DNA from: Azolla caroliniana
Lineage: Eukaryota > Plantae > Polypodiophyta
Assembly: GCA_043228905.1 (NCBI GenBank)
Contig: JBHGNT010000013.1
Location: forward strand, 7,130,001-7,194,000
Reading direction: 5' to 3'
DNA length: 64,000 bases
Part shown: positions 46,246 through 60,100 of the stretch, piece after piece
Layout of the letters: every line of letters begins with the position of its first letter
Position numbering within the stretch: the stretch's first letter is position 1
The notes under the pieces: model-generated
The model's input: only the letters and a program-made list of their open reading frames with translations
Databases searched by the model: none
Told to the model about the DNA's origin: nothing
Program-made: the position numbers and the translations under genes

Positions 46246-48468
46246 ATGGAGAATCAACAAAAGGCCAACATGATGATGATGATGATGTTCGAGCGGATGC
46301 TACAAGAACAACGAGTGATGTCGGAGATCACGGGGGCAGTAAAGCGGCTCGTACAACGAAACGGACAATTCAACGGAAACGATGTGTCACGCTATCTACG
46401 TGACTACAAGGCGGAGATGATACGATGTGGGATACCAGAAGGATTGCAAGTGACATCCTTCAATCGGGTGGCCACGGATGAGCTACAAGAGAGAATCCAC
46501 AAGATACGGCAACAAAACTCGACATGGGGGTCATTCGAAGAAGCTTTACGAGAGGCATATGATTACAAGAGATCAAAGGGACAAGATCGGCGAAAATTCG
46601 ACGAATGGGTGGCATCGGAGAAGACCCACCGAAGTGCAACACAAGCATTCCTAGAGTTCGAGCATCGTCTTGCTCAACTCTCGGAGCGGGAACAACGGTT
46701 GGTGGGGGAGGATAAAGTCCTAATGTTTGTAAAATCGATCGATCGAAAAGAAAGGATGGACATCGGGATCGAACTCGAAGACGATGACGGTACGAATGGT
46801 CTTACCGAAAATTGGGCCGAAGTCCAAAGGGTATGCCGGAGACATGATGAGAGGAAGATGAGAATCTTGTCAACGACATGGCAGATGAAGGATGGTCGAT
46901 TGAAGACAAACGATGGAGCCGATATGAAGGCCGAAATACAACATGAGGGTGCGACGGAAGAGGGTGTAAAACAAGCTACCCTCTTGTCTTGCGAAAGAAC
47001 AACGACAAAGGATAAGGCCGATAACCCAAGTGTAGAAGAAGATTTCGGAATACAAGTGTCCGAAACATCGGGTGAAAAAGGGGTAAGCATAATTGATGTT
47101 TGCATAATTGATGTAGTGAAAGAGAGCAAGGAGGACTTGATTGAGGAGGTCACCAAGAAAGATGACATCGAATCGAAGGTGGCTATGGACGAATCAATGG
47201 CGGATGGCCATATCGAGATTTCTCCACCACTGATTCCAGAGACTCCGGCGGTTGCGTTCGAAAGGCAACGTGAGACCGAAGAGACGGAAGGTGGTGGAGA
47301 GAAAACAAAGGTCGAAGCCGATTCATACGACGGAGAGATAGCCGAGAAGGAGGCTATGGTTGAAATGACAGAGGATGATAATACCGAGGATTCCTACCCA
47401 CTAATTCTAGAGACTCCGGCGGTTGCGTTCGAAAGGCAACGTGAGACCGAAGAGACGGAAGGTGGCGGAGAGAAAACAAAGGTCGAAGTCGATGCATACG
47501 ACGGAGAGATAGCCGAGAATATGGCTATGGGTGAAACAATGGAGGATGATAATACCGAGGATTCCTACCCACTAATTCTAGAGACTTCGGCAGTTGTGTC
47601 CGAGAACCAACGTGAGACCGGAGAGACAGGAGGTGGCAGCAAGAAAGGTAAAGTCGGAAGCCGATTTGGATGGAAGGTGATCCGGACGGGATTCCGATCT
47701 GAAAGAAAGCCGAACCGAAAGGAAGAGAATTCGGCCGAAAGACGACACAAACAAAAGCCGAACCGGGCGAATGAGGATTCGGCCGAAAGACGACCCGAAA
47801 GAAAGCCGACCCGAAAAGGGGTCGAATCGGTCAAAACCGATCGACCGAGTCTGACTTGGCCGAACGCGAATATGGATGGAAGCCGACCTAGCCGAAAGCC
47901 GATCGGACGAGACCGATCCGGAAAGAAGCTAATCCGACTCAATCGTAGGTTGGACCGGTCGAGGCTGGTGAAAACGAGGAAAAGAAAGCCAACCGAAACC
48001 AAAACCGATAGATCGAAACCGGGTCGGAAGGGGACCGACTCAATCGAAACCGAACAACCGATTCCGATTCGGCCGAATACGAATCCGATCGGAAGCCGAT
48101 CAAACCAAAAGTCGATCGGACGAGAGCGATCCGGAAAAAAGTCAAGGTTGATGAAGACAACAAAGAGGCCAGTAAAAGACACTACCACGAATGACAAGGG
48201 CCAAGAATATGACAAGAGAGAACAAAGAATATGGTGGATCGGATGGCGACAATGGTTCGGGTGGAAAGAATGGGTCTACTCAAAATGGAGAGACAAAGTT
48301 GACATAGCGGGACAAACGGAGGATGAAGGGGAGACAACGAGCATCGGCAATTTCGGCACATACCGGAGGATGTGCGGGTTTGGAGGGGGCGAGTGTCGTA
48401 GTGTAGGTTGCACACTATGTGGAAATTATATTTTTGTCCCTCCGGATAGAGAATGGAGTGCTCGGTGA
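46246..48468 (+). CDS. Gag-derived protein (~740 aa): Gag-like N-terminus, acidic repeats, basic region and Trp-rich tail
   Basis: Uninterrupted ORF from the ATG after the PBS into the 3' LTR. The N-terminus is homologous to gag remnants at 40080-40190 and 62500-62900. Confidence 0.75.
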   Translation: MENQQKANMMMMMMFERMLQEQRVMSEITGAVKRLVQRNGQFNGNDVSRYLRDYKAEMIRCGIPEGLQVTSFNRVATDELQERIHKIRQQNSTWGSFEEALREAYDYKRSKGQDRRKFDEWVASEKTHRSATQAFLEFEHRLAQLSEREQRLVGEDKVLMFVKSIDRKERMDIGIELEDDDGTNGLTENWAEVQRVCRRHDERKMRILSTTWQMKDGRLKTNDGADMKAEIQHEGATEEGVKQATLLSCERTTTKDKADNPSVEEDFGIQVSETSGEKGVSIIDVCIIDVVKESKEDLIEEVTKKDDIESKVAMDESMADGHIEISPPLIPETPAVAFERQRETEETEGGGEKTKVEADSYDGEIAEKEAMVEMTEDDNTEDSYPLILETPAVAFERQRETEETEGGGEKTKVEVDAYDGEIAENMAMGETMEDDNTEDSYPLILETSAVVSENQRETGETGGGSKKGKVGSRFGWKVIRTGFRSERKPNRKEENSAERRHKQKPNRANEDSAERRPERKPTRKGVESVKTDRPSLTWPNANMDGSRPSRKPIGRDRSGKKLIRLNRRLDRSRLVKTRKRKPTETKTDRSKPGRKGTDSIETEQPIPIRPNTNPIGSRSNQKSIGRERSGKKSRLMKTTKRPVKDTTTNDKGQEYDKREQRIWWIGWRQWFGWKEWVYSKWRDKVDIAGQTEDEGETTSIGNFGTYRRMCGFGGGECRSVGCTLCGNYIFVPPDREWSAR
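47227..47640 (+). repeat. 171-bp (57-codon) in-frame tandem duplication, about 2.4 copies
   Basis: The unit PLIxETPAVAFERQRETEETEGGG recurs at about 47227, 47398 and 47569. Confidence 0.85.
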
Positions 48469-51218
48469 GAACCGGAAGAAAACGGCATACCGGCAAGGAG
48501 GAAAACGGCATACCGGCAAGGAAGAGCCGGATAAAGAGACATAAATGTAAAAAAAAAGGAAATACTCACTACTGCGCAAGGCATGATTCGAACTCTGCAC
48601 CTCCATGTTGACAAACCCCAACCTTACCATTACATTAACTTATCTTAAGTGTTTTAAATATAGATTTAATACGTATAAGACCTTTATTTATGCATACCTT
48701 TATTAAAAGGTAAATCATGCATTTTTAGAGTGCGTGAATATTTTATAGAAAAACGCAAGCAACTAAAAAGTGACTCATGCACATCTAGCGTGCATGAGCA
48801 CTATATTTAGCAAATAAAAGTAAGGATTAGAAAAGCATCACATGCACATTTAGTGTGCATGAACATATGAGAAAAAGCATGTAGCTATGCTTAGTCTCTC
48901 CCATCACTATATAAGGATGGGGAGCACATTGTAGTTTTTGTTGATTATTTTTCTATAATGATCAATCAATCTAAAATATTCGTGGGATTCACAAATTTGC
49001 TAAAATAATTCTCTCTTACTACCTAAATATTGACTAAATATACTAAACTCGTGGGATTCACGAGATTCTTATCTTATAACTCTTTATACCTATTCTTTAC
49101 TAGCCTTATTTGTATTTTTCTTTCTCCTAGTCCAAAACCTCGGCGGTTCCCACCCGACTCACGCAACGATCCAGAGCCGAAAGGCACGACAACGGATTTG
49201 TAGCAGATGCCTTCTGTCTTGTTCGACCACCAACGGCTCATCGAACAATACCTTCTTTTTTTCTAACAAGGCCCGAAGTCCTGCTATTGCCGCCTCCTAT
49301 TTCTTCGCGTCCTCTCGTAATTGTGCATTGTCGTCCTCTGTTCGGATGTGCTGAGCTACCTCCGCAACTAGTTTTTCTTCAAGAGTTTTTACTACCTTCC
49401 GTCCGTTAGCCCGTATCTCCTTTTCTCTGTCTGAGGATTGGCGTAGTTCTGCACGAGGACGGTCAATTTCGGATTTTGCTAGCTGCACGGCCTTTTTTGC
49501 TTTTGAGGCGATGGCGGTCTGAGCCTCGATTTCTTCTTTTAGAGCATCGATGACATGGTTCGGTGGCGGGGTTGCGTGTTGCGCCGTAGTCGCGTGAGCT
49601 TCCAACTCAGCGATGCATGCGTTAGCTCTTTGCAGTTCGGCTTCGATCAGTTTAACCTTCTTCCAGACATTCTTATTTTTTATTGCCATCTCCTTGGCGC
49701 CCGTGCTGACCTTTGCCAATTCCCGATGGACTTCGACTAGGGCCGTGTTTAAGGATGGTATCTCCATCCCCACTCGCTGTACCCCGGCGTTCCTTTGTTT
49801 GCCGACCCTAGCTAGCCGGTCCTCATCGTCGCTCTCCGTTGTTTGTGTTAGGGCGCGCTCGATCATCTGGCTTTCTGCATGCTCCTCGGCCATTCGTTGG
49901 GCGGCTTTGACTTGTTGTGTTGCCAGGAACTCCATGAGCTCAAAAGAAGTACCGAACTGCAAGAGGGTGCTAAACTCGTGGGCCGTATCCGGGATATCCG
50001 GATATGCCAAAACCTCGCTTTCCGCCATCAATACAGCTTTCCCTCATTGGGACTGAGTCGTAATAATCGGCTGTGGCTCCCGGATGATTTCAAAGGTGGT
50101 ATTCATTTCCGCTGCTGCGGCGCCTTCGCCTTCGGTCGGTGTCTCCGTTGCCGTGGGGGCATTTTTTACCAACCCCCGCCCATCTTTCCTCTCCAATCTG
50201 CGCCGTTTTGTTTGGGGCTTTCCCACCGTGTTTCGGTGTCTGGTTCTGGGGCTGCTTCCCTGGAGCGTCTTGATTGTTCCTCTTGCGTTGTTCGTGTGTC
50301 CGGCTGGTCGGTAGGAGGTGTTGTCCTTGGGTCTGGCTGAGCCGGTTGGGGTTCCTCTTCCTACTCTAGGGCCGATAACTCTGCTAACCTGCGTTTCGCA
50401 GATCGGGGCGGGGCCGTGGGTTGGCTGGGCTGCGGTGCTGGCAGGCCTCGGGGTGGAAATAGTACCATAAGGTATTGTTGGATGATCGGCCTGAGCTTTT
50501 TGCCTGCTTGGTACGCATGCAAGCCTTCCCTTAACGTTGGCCCTGTGATGACCCCCTAGTCGATGGCACGCCCTTCAAAGGTATCGATGATGATGCCCGC
50601 TTTCTGCTTAGGCATCCCATATGCGTTGACATGTACGAAGCCGACTTTTAGGAGGAACTTCGCAACTTCACGGAAGAAGGGATCCGGAATTTGTTTTGTT
50701 CTATAGGCCTTGGCGGAGGAGGAATATGGCCCAAAATACCGCTGCAGCGCCTCTGCAGGAGGTATTTCGAAATGTCTTTCGCCTAGTGAGGATAGGTCCA
50801 ACTTCTTCCGGATGGAAGAGTTGGTGACCGTGTTGATGTTAAGCCTCCTGGCGATGTCCATGGTGTCCGGGTGCGGAGGTGCTTCTGCGACCCGGATGTA
50901 CCCAGCCAGGCGTTTCTCCACGAGCCATCGGCGTAGGGTAGTAGAGATGAAGATCGGCATCGCCAGAGTAGGTTCGTGGGGAGGAGATGGTTGGTTGTGG
51001 TGACTTGGAGCTCTGAGATAGGATGGGGAAGAAGGTGAGGAGGAGGAGCGATAGGAGCGCTGATAGCTAGACGATGAGTTTCTGCTTTGTGCAGAAAATC
51101 TTTTGTTTCCTTCTTTTTGTGGCTTAGGGTTCATTGGGCGGTGAGCCATCGTGGTGCTGCGTGTTCTTGAACTAGGAGTTTGTGCATGCCTTTAGTCGTT
51201 TTAATAGTCACTATCTTC

Positions 51219-51249
<31 letters not shown>

Positions 51250-54200
51250 AACGGTTATTTACCACCTATTTTTACATTATAGTACAAATGCGGCTGTCCA
51301 TTTTACGCTGCGGGTTCCTCGGTTCTGTCCCGTTCGAGGGTGAATGGGTTAGGTGGCGTAGGGCCCAGGTAAGGTTTGAGCGGAAATCCATTCACCTTTT
51401 GTCGTAATTCTTCCCTAGCCAGCGTTCCTAGTTGGAACGTGGCTTGTTCCGCTCCAATTATCCAGTATGGCCAGTCCAGCGGAAGCGTAACTTCCTCGGC
51501 ATATGGCCCATGCGTGTTTGAAAAACTAGCGCCGCTCGGCCCACGGCGAACTCCTTTTCGCTTGCGTTCCGATGTCGATCCACAAACGCTTTACGCCGTC
51601 ATTGTTCCTGTTCCAACACAGCCATGCTGTGGACGCGTTTTTCCCCTAGTTCGAGGAGCTGGTAGAGCCGTACCTCCTCCGACTTGGCTTTTGATAATCG
51701 GTTCCGTACCTGAATGCGCAAACTCGGTACCTGAAATTCGACCGGCATCACAGCCTCCAGTCCAAATGTTAGTCGGAACGGTGTTGACTGTATACTTGTT
51801 TTGTAACTAGTTCTGTACGCCCATAACGCACTCTGTAGTTTGGTATCCCAGTCCGTTCTATTTTCATTGACGGTTTTCTTCAAAATGGTCTGTAATGTCT
51901 TGTTCGTGAATTCTGCTAATCCATTCGCCTATGGATAATATGGCGTGCTCTTCTTGTGGACTACGGCGTAATGATGTGTTAGTTCCCGAACCACCGTATT
52001 GAGAAAGTGACTCCCCTGGTCACTGTGGAATTTGGCTATGACGGCCGACGTATTTTCCCGTAGTGCCTTTGCTTCTACCCATTTGGTGCAGTAATCCGTG
52101 GCTACCAATATGTATTTGTTGCCCGTGCGGGCCGCCGCTGGTGTGAAGGCCCTACAAAATCCAATCCCCACTTTTAGAAGGGGTCTAGCGGTAATACGGG
52201 CTGGTGTGGCATCCTTGCGTCCTCCGCGGGCTGACCCATCTGCTGACACAAATCACACTTTTTACAATACTCGAATGCGTCCTTCTGCATTGTTGGCCAC
52301 CATAAGCCCGCCTGCCATACTTTCTGGGCTGTCACGTCACCCACGTAATGGCCGCCTGCCGTGCTGCAGTGTGCCTCCCGTAAAACTGCTTCCTTCTCAT
52401 CCTGACGGACCCCACATCGCCAAATGCCGTCACTTCCTTTATGATATAAAATGCCTTCAACGAGGCAGAAGTGACGGCTTCGGACGGCTAGTCGTTTCTT
52501 CTCGCTCGTGCGTAATTGTGGTGGAGGCAGTCTTGTAGTTAAAAAGTACGTCATTTCCATAACCCATCGGTCGGGAAAGGTGGATTCCGTTTTTTCTGCA
52601 AATGTCGCTACTCGCAAGATGTCGGCGTCCGGAAAATCGTCGTCGTCTTTCTATACTGTTTCTCCATTCTCGAATCTGCTAAAAAAAATCCGCCACTGCG
52701 TGTTGCGTTCCTAGTCGGTGCTGAATTACGAAATCGAATTCCTGGAGCAGTAGCATCCACCGCGCCAATTTGCCTGTCAGGGCTTGTTTCTCTACCAAAT
52801 ACAATAATGCCGAATGATCCACGTGGAACGTGAATTTCCTTCCTAATAAATAGTTTCAGAATTTATTGATGCTATATATCATCCCTAACGCCTCCCGCTC
52901 AGTTGTGGAATAGTTATGCTCTGCTGCTGACAATTTACGACTCGCGTAGTATACTGGCCTGTACCAGTTTGGTTCGGTGAGCTGCATTAGTGCGCTTCCT
53001 ATTGCTACGTCTGAGGCGTCGACGAACACGTGGAATGGCTTTGCCCAAACTGGTGGTTGTACGACGGAAGCCTGTGTGAGCATTATCATAAGTACCTCAT
53101 AGGCCTTATCCTCCATTGCAGTCCATTGGAAAGGAGTCCGATGTACGACAGCGTGCAGCGGTGTGGCGAATTCCGCCAAATACCGTATCATCCGACTATG
53201 CCACCGTATTTGTCCTAAAAACCGGCTAAGAGATTTGGCATTTGTTGGAGGTTTGGCTTGCGTAATCGTGGAGATCTTGTTTGGGTCGACCGTTATTCCC
53301 TCTTTGCTGACTATGTGGCCTAGGAGAGTCCCGCTGGTCACGCCGAAGGCACATTTTGCGGGATTCAAGCTTAAGCGTGCGGTGCGGAAACGTTCCAGGC
53401 ACAGTCGTAAGTGCGTAAAATGGTCTATTGTTTCCCCATATACCGCAAAGTTGTCTAGAAAAACTTGCGTGAATGCCGGAATGTATTCCCCAAAGATCTC
53501 CGTAATCGTTCGTTGAAATGTTGTCGGCGTTGTCTTTAGCCCGAACATCATGACGACTGCCACATAGACTCCCTAGTCCGTGACAAACACCATCTTCTCC
53601 TGGTCCTCGGGGTGCATGCGTATGTGGTTTTAGCCACTGAAGCCATCTAAGAAACTGTACATCTCATGGCCTGCGATGGCGTCTAGCACGCTATCGATGA
53701 AGGGTAAGGGAAATGCGTCCGTAATGGTTACAACGTTTAATTTCCGGTAATCTATGCATACCCGTATTTTGCCGTTTTTCTTTGGGACGACCACTATCGA
53801 GCTTAGCCATGTCGCTTGTTTAACTGGTCGTATGAAGCCTGCCTTCAGGAGCTTGTCAATTTCTTCTTTCACTCGGGTCGCGAAATTGGGGTTCATGCAG
53901 TAGCGGCGCTGCTGGACGGGTTTCGCATCAGTTGCTAAATTGATCTTATGTTGATAGAACTTGGGATCTAACCCCTTCATGTCCTCGTGAGCCCAAGCGA
54001 ACACATCTTTATATTCCGTGAGTAGTGCGATCATCGTGATTCTCTGGTCTGGCCTTAATTCCTTTGCAATGAAGAGGAACCGAGGCTCCGATTCCGTACC
54101 CACATTTACTTCTTCAAGAGCGGAAGCGGTGACTCGTCGTGAAATCTCCATTTCCCTTTCGAATGCCGCCCGTGCTCTGTTGAGTTCGAATATGGACTTT

Positions 54201-57119
54201 GGGTTTGGTTCGTAAGGCTCGTCGTGGGGAACAGTGGCCGTGGCATATTCTGCCGCGGTTGCTATGACATCTATTTCAAACAACGGAATAATCCGAGGGT
54301 GTTCGTCGAGGTACGCCTCCAATTCTGCATCCTCCACCCCAGCTAGCATATTTATGTCCTCCGCGTATAACGGTGTTATACCCTTAGGTTGCGGCATGCA
54401 GCCTTCCGTAGGTACGCGAACCTTGGTGCGTCCATGCCGGAAACTGATACACTCGTGTTGCCAGCTCTGCTTGATATTTGCTGTCTGAAGCCATGGTCTG
54501 CCCAGAAGCACTGGGTACGCTTCTGGGGCCTCCAAAGCGAGGACGACCGCCGAGATGTCGAAGCGGTGTCCGCCCACAATGATGCCTATTTTACGAATTA
54601 ACCCCAACGGTTGCACTAAGCGGGTATCTGCCATGCGGAGCCAGAATGGACACGCCTCCCACTCGGAAATGCCTAACTGCTCGCAAGTTTTTGCGCTAAT
54701 TACATTGACGCCTGAGCCGCCGTCGATTACGCATCCAGGAACTTCCTGTCCGTGCAATATTAATGTAATAGCCGGGTTGTGTTGTTCCACCACCGGTGGT
54801 CCATCGCTGACGTCTGTTAGGTTTGTGGCGACACTTGCCCCGGGTATGCCTTCCGCCTGTGCTTCCATGGTCTGGCAGAACCCTGGAACTAGCTGTTGCA
54901 GTTTTTCCATGGTTAACGTTATTTCACAACCTGCTAACACCTGCCAAATGGGGTCCAGACTCGATCTTTTGTTCTCTGTTCGCTGTGTTCGCGGACTCCT
55001 GCCGCATACGTTCTATATTGTTCGCGTTTGCTTTTTCCACCCACGCTTGGGCTTGTCGGCGTACCTCGTCTTACACAGCCCAATCCACCGTTTTTGTTTG
55101 CTAGCATGTTGTGACTTGTTGCACCTCTGCCGTAATCATATTGACAGCGGGCCCCTTTCCCTTGCGTGCTGGGCATTGCGTGGCATAATGTCCGGGTTGC
55201 TGACAAATAAAACAATGGATGCTTGGTTCTCCCTTCTCGGCTCCAGGTGGTGTGTGCCGCTCTCCGGGTGCTACTTGATCTTCGCAGTCCGGCCTTGTTT
55301 GTCAGAACGTACGCGGTGGCTGCTGTTGGTCTCGTCGTTGTTCCTGGTGCCGCTCATCCCCCGAGCTTTCGTCGTAACACCGTTGATCTCTGTATTGTCG
55401 TGGCTTAACCCGATAGCCATTGTAGCCTCCCCGTTTGTTTGTAGGCCGTTGATTCTCGTAGCGCCGGCATAACTCGGAAGTCCACAATAATCCTAATCCT
55501 TTGGGTCGTCCTCCTCGGAATTGTTGAGATTCCGGCGATTCCGGTTGTAGTGGTCCTCCCGCGGGTTGCAATCCTTATACCGGGGTCGGTCTTCTTGGCT
55601 CCTTTGTTCAGCCCGGTGCGGTTGACGCTGTGTGTCCATGCTGCGGACTACGGGAGTGGCTCTGTTTAACATATTGTACTCCCATTGGTCGACTGTGTGA
55701 GCCTTCGAGTGGCAGATTGGGCAGTGGATTCGCATAGTGCACTCCACCACGGAATGCCCCGAGTTCAAGCAAATCGTGCACTAGATTGCTTGACGAAATT
55801 GGCGTTCCTCATCCAGAGGTAACGCTTGTCGTAAGGAGGACATAGAAAACCGTTCCTCCTCGTCATCCAACTCGAGCTGTAACGCGCGTTCAATTACCAT
55901 ATCCGCCATTTCCCCTTTCACGCTATTGTTATTGAGCGTTGCCCAGATGGGCCGGCGTAAGCCTGCCAGAAATGTTTCCCGAGCCTCTTCTTCCATGGTG
56001 CTTCGTTCTAGTTTCCATCGTAAATTTTGGAAACATAAGCTGAAGTCCGCTATCGTCTCGGTCGGTAGTTGTTTAATTGTATAGAACTGCCTGAGAATCT
56101 CGCGTTGTGGGAGCCTCCGATGGAAGAATCGCAAGAAAGCGGACTGCAGCTGATCGAAGGTTGTTATGGCTGGTAAATCCATCTGTGAATGCCAAAACGC
56201 CGCACGCCCATCTAGTGTTAATCCGAACTCCGTCATTTTCGACTGGTGTGCCACCATGTCGGAGAGATTCTGTGCCATGTGGTTCGCATTCCAGACATTC
56301 AGGAACATGTGAATATGCGTTGTGGCATCAATTTCGCCGTTAAATCGGGGGTAGGCAAAGGCCATAGTGGGAGCTACGGAGGATCGGGAAAGACCATCGG
56401 GTGGTTGTGGTGAGCGTGGTCCCCGCGTCTCGTCGAGGTATTTGGGGAGCGAAGAATCCCCTTTGCACTCATGGCAGGTAGTACTGGGGTCGCTAAGGCG
56501 CGGCCTTTGTTGTGCGCGTTCTTCTGCCTGGCGTGTGACGGACCTTGTTATTGGCCGGTCTTGTCGTGTTGGTTCTCTAGGTCTTCGGCGGCTAAACATC
56601 CATTCGTTGTTGCTCGTCTGTGAGGAAACACAGATCTCCAAGCATGCCAAAAGTGTTTCCGTTTAGGAACATGGTCCGCGGTCAGTCCTTCGACCTAGAC
56701 CTCAAGTGGGTGTGGAACAATGAACAGGTGTATAAGCGTATTGCGTAAGGATAGAACCCTTGTAACCTATCAGCGTATAAAAGAAGACGGCTACAACCGA
56801 ATCCCTATTCAGGGTTACACTTACGTACTACAACGCTTAAGTAATCAAGACACCCACTCTGAACTAGCCGTAGCTATACACAAAAAATCAGAGAAGATAG
56901 TATTCTATTATAAGGCGTTTCTTTACATTCCCCAAAATTACACGCACCTCTATCAAAGGTTTTCTGCCCTTTCTATATGTAGGGTCTAATTAGCCGTTTA
57001 CGCTTCTTGCGTGAACCGTTACATGCGTTATGCTCTTATATAATTTATTACTCCTAAGCTTTTGTCCTTCGGTTACTATTCCGGCGGACAACGAAGGGTC
57101 TATGTAATGATGTTAAGGC

Positions 57120-60100
57120 AATAGACAACAGAAAAAAGTCTGAAAGAAAATTCGATGGAAAAAACTTTGCCCTTTGGAAGGAGATTATGCAAGACATGCT
57201 GATCATCAGAAGACAAGTGGAAGAAATTCAACATTGTGAAAAACCAACCTCGCTAACAACTGAAGAATGCAGATCTAGAGACGAAATCGCACGCTCCACC
57301 ATCCGAATGCATCTGGCCGAAAATGTCTACTTCAACATGGCAAAAGAGACGACGGAGTTCTCACTGTCAGAGAAACTACAAGCCGTGTACGAGACAAAGT
57401 CCTCATCTTCAAAACTGATTTTGATCAAACAACTGTTCAACATGAAGATGAGAGAGTCTGATCCGGCTACCTCCCACATCAACACCTTCAGTCGGGTGTT
57501 GTCAGAACTCTCCTCACAAGGGATCAACTTCAAAGAAGAAGTGAAAGCCCTTGCCCTCCTATCGAGCTTGTCGGCGAGTTGGGAGGTATTCTGCACGGCA
57601 TATGCCAATAGTCGACCGATTCTAAATCTGGATGAGGCAATCGACCAAGTTTTCACCGAGGACATTCGGCAAAAATCGATGGGACTTACCCTCGATAAAT
57701 CGGCAAAAGCCCATCACTCGACCAAGTCGTTCGACTAACAGAGTCAAAGGAGAGAACAAGCCAAGATAACCTGTTAGAATACCAAACAATAAAAAACGAG
57801 GGGAGACAAACAACGGTCGAAGCCTAGAACGGGCCGATCAGGTGAATTCTTCACACACTTCAAAAAATCTGGCCACAATGTTTCGAACTGTTGGTCAATC
57901 AAGAGGAAAGAGAATGGATGGCAATCCGAGCATAATTCAGGACGACCCGACTTGGACCACTCTCTTGTTGCAACCAAATCTATGTTGCCGACACCCGATC
58001 AGGAGAAATCCTTTCCTTAGAGGACTCGATGATCAGAGAATTCCTCTATAGTGCACAAGATGCCCACATGTGGCTACTCGATTCCTATGCCACATTCCAT
58101 GTGATCCCTAATATTGAATGGTTTTTGAACTATTCAGCCGACGCCAACGACACAGTCCAACTAGGCAACGAGCAAGAGTGCAGAATCGCAAGGACCAGAG
58201 AAGTTCTCATACGATGTCTAATGGAAACATGATCACCCTGCACCGAGTTTGGCACATACCTTATCTAAAAAGGAGTCGGGTCTCCCTCGTCATGTCCGCC
58301 GAAGATAGGTACCGAACGACCCTGAGTGAGTCGGTATGGATGATCAACCGGGGAAATCTCAAAATTGGGAGTGGACACAAGCACAATAACTTGTACCCAT
58401 TAATGGTGATCAATCCAGAAGGGGCCGTGAACGTAGCCGAATAGACCGACCCAAACCTATGGCATGGCCGACTCGGTCATATGTCACAAGCCGGACTTGA
58501 CCGGCTAATGGTGGTAGGCTACATTCCGAAACTCTTGGCAAATACAAACTACTATGAGCATTGTTGCTACGGGAAACAGATCCGAAGTCCGCACTCTCTC
58601 TAGTACAAGATGGTACAACAACCCCTAGAGCTCGTGCACACAAATATATGTGGCCGCATGCCAGAATGATCATTAGGAGGCTCCCAGTACTTCATCACAT
58701 TCGTAGATGGCCCTACACGGAAGGTTTGGGCCTACTCGATTAGGTCCAATGACGGAGCGATCGAGGTCTTCACTCAGTGGACGTCGGAATTGGAGAACTG
58801 GTCGGGATACAGATTGAAGACACTCCGATCCGACAGCGGAGGAGAATATACCTCTAGAGCCTTCAAACAGTACCTCTCCGACAAAGGGATCCGGCATCAA
58901 AAGACCATTTCTTAAACACCCATGCAGAATGGATTGGCAAAACTGATCAACCAAACGATCTAGGAGAGGGTGACGACAATGCTAAAACAATCTAGACTGA
59001 AGCTAGAGTTTTTGGCCAAGGCATTGCAGACAGCAGTATACCTAGTAGATCTTTCACCGTCGAAAGCAATCAGGCTCGAAGTGCCATAGGCACTATGGTC
59101 AGGCAAACAACCGACCTACGATAGGCTTCGTATATTTGGATGTTACGCCTACGCGTTCATCCCTAGCCCGTGAAAAGGACCAAGTTGGCGCCCCATGCAA
59201 CAAAGTGCATATTTCTCGATTATGGAACCGATGGGGACTTCGGCTACCGACTATGGGATCCATGGAACCGGAAACTAATCCGGAGTAGTGACGTAGTCTT
59301 CAATGAGGACTCTATCTTCTCTCAACAGAACGAACAGAAAATAGTTGGTAAAAGGGTATCCTTCGAAGACGAAAGAGTTGTCGTAGAAAGACCGACCCAC
59401 CGGGCCGACTCAGAGACTCAACAATCAGTCAAACTCGAATAAGCCAAAAATATACATGCCAACTCCGAATCGGCAACAGGTGCAATAGTCAAACTCGAAG
59501 GCAAAGAGATCAAAGACAAAGCAGATTCAACAAGAGTCGAACAAAGCAAAGTCAACAAGATGTGATTTGGGAACAGATCCGAGTCGACAAAGCCCATAGG
59601 GGAGAATGCCATAACACCACTGAAATCCCAACATGGGTGTGGGTCACCTAACAAGACTCCTGGCACAAATGGTTCAAGAAATACTGGTTGACCGATAGAG
59701 CCGATCGAAGAATCCAAACCATTTATCTCGGCACCTAGGAGATCTGGACGAGCTCGAAGACCGACAAAGTTCTATCAACTGGGCCTCGACTATGTCAACT
59801 ACATCGATGCAGGTGAACCAGGAACATATGATGAAGCTATGGCCACACCGGACGCAGATACATGGCTACAAGCCATGAAATAAGAAATGGACTCGATTCA
59901 CATGAATAAGACATGGGAGCTGGTTGAACTACCAGCTGGAAGAAAACCATTATCTTGCAAATGGGTTTTCCGATACAAGTATGTATCTGACTCAGGCAAA
60001 CCCAAGTACAAAGCTCGGCTCATCGGAAAAGGATTCAAACATGAATATGGAGTCCACTAGGACGAGATATTCTCACCAGTAGTCAAGATGACCACCCTCC

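Larger units (their letters stand above)
45384..49191 (+). mobile_element. Complete Gag-only non-autonomous LTR element (TR-GAG-like) of the tRNA-Trp group
   Basis: LTRs 45384-46207 and 48394-49191 are near identical. PBS TGGTGAACCCGACGTGA is complementary to the tRNA-Trp 3' end. PPT GGAGGGGGCGAG, 4-bp TSD ACGG, no pol. Confidence 0.93.
44384..50960 (-). pseudogene. Extra 3' ORF, interrupted by the 45384-49191 insertion
   Basis: MPIFISTTLRRWL, YFGPYSSSAKAY, DIPDTAHEFSTLLQFGTSFEL, coiled coil and LDKGWIAW. Confidence 0.78.
43902..57093 (-). mobile_element. Full-length Arg-primed non-chromovirus gypsy element (gag, pol, extra ORF) with a nested 3.8-kb insertion
   Basis: LTRs 56654-57093 and 43902-44338, TSD AAGGG (43897-43901 and 57094-57098), PBS-like TGGCATGCTTGG. 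Gag about 55000-56650 and pol about 51300-54940 (VIDGGSG, FLDNF, VDASD, SDQGSHF), with scattered stops. Confidence 0.93.

Noticed and set aside
54555-55472. 305-aa plus-strand ORF and similar antisense ORFs (e.g. 47565-48215, 11091-11561)
   Set aside because: These are shadow frames opposite gag/pol with no recognisable motifs and no conservation in related copies.
43902-57093. Reading the element as plus-oriented because of the PBS-like site at 44341
   Set aside because: The TATA orientation, gag-pol and the extra ORF are all on the minus strand, and a PBS-like site also adjoins the other LTR. Treated as the dual-site finding.
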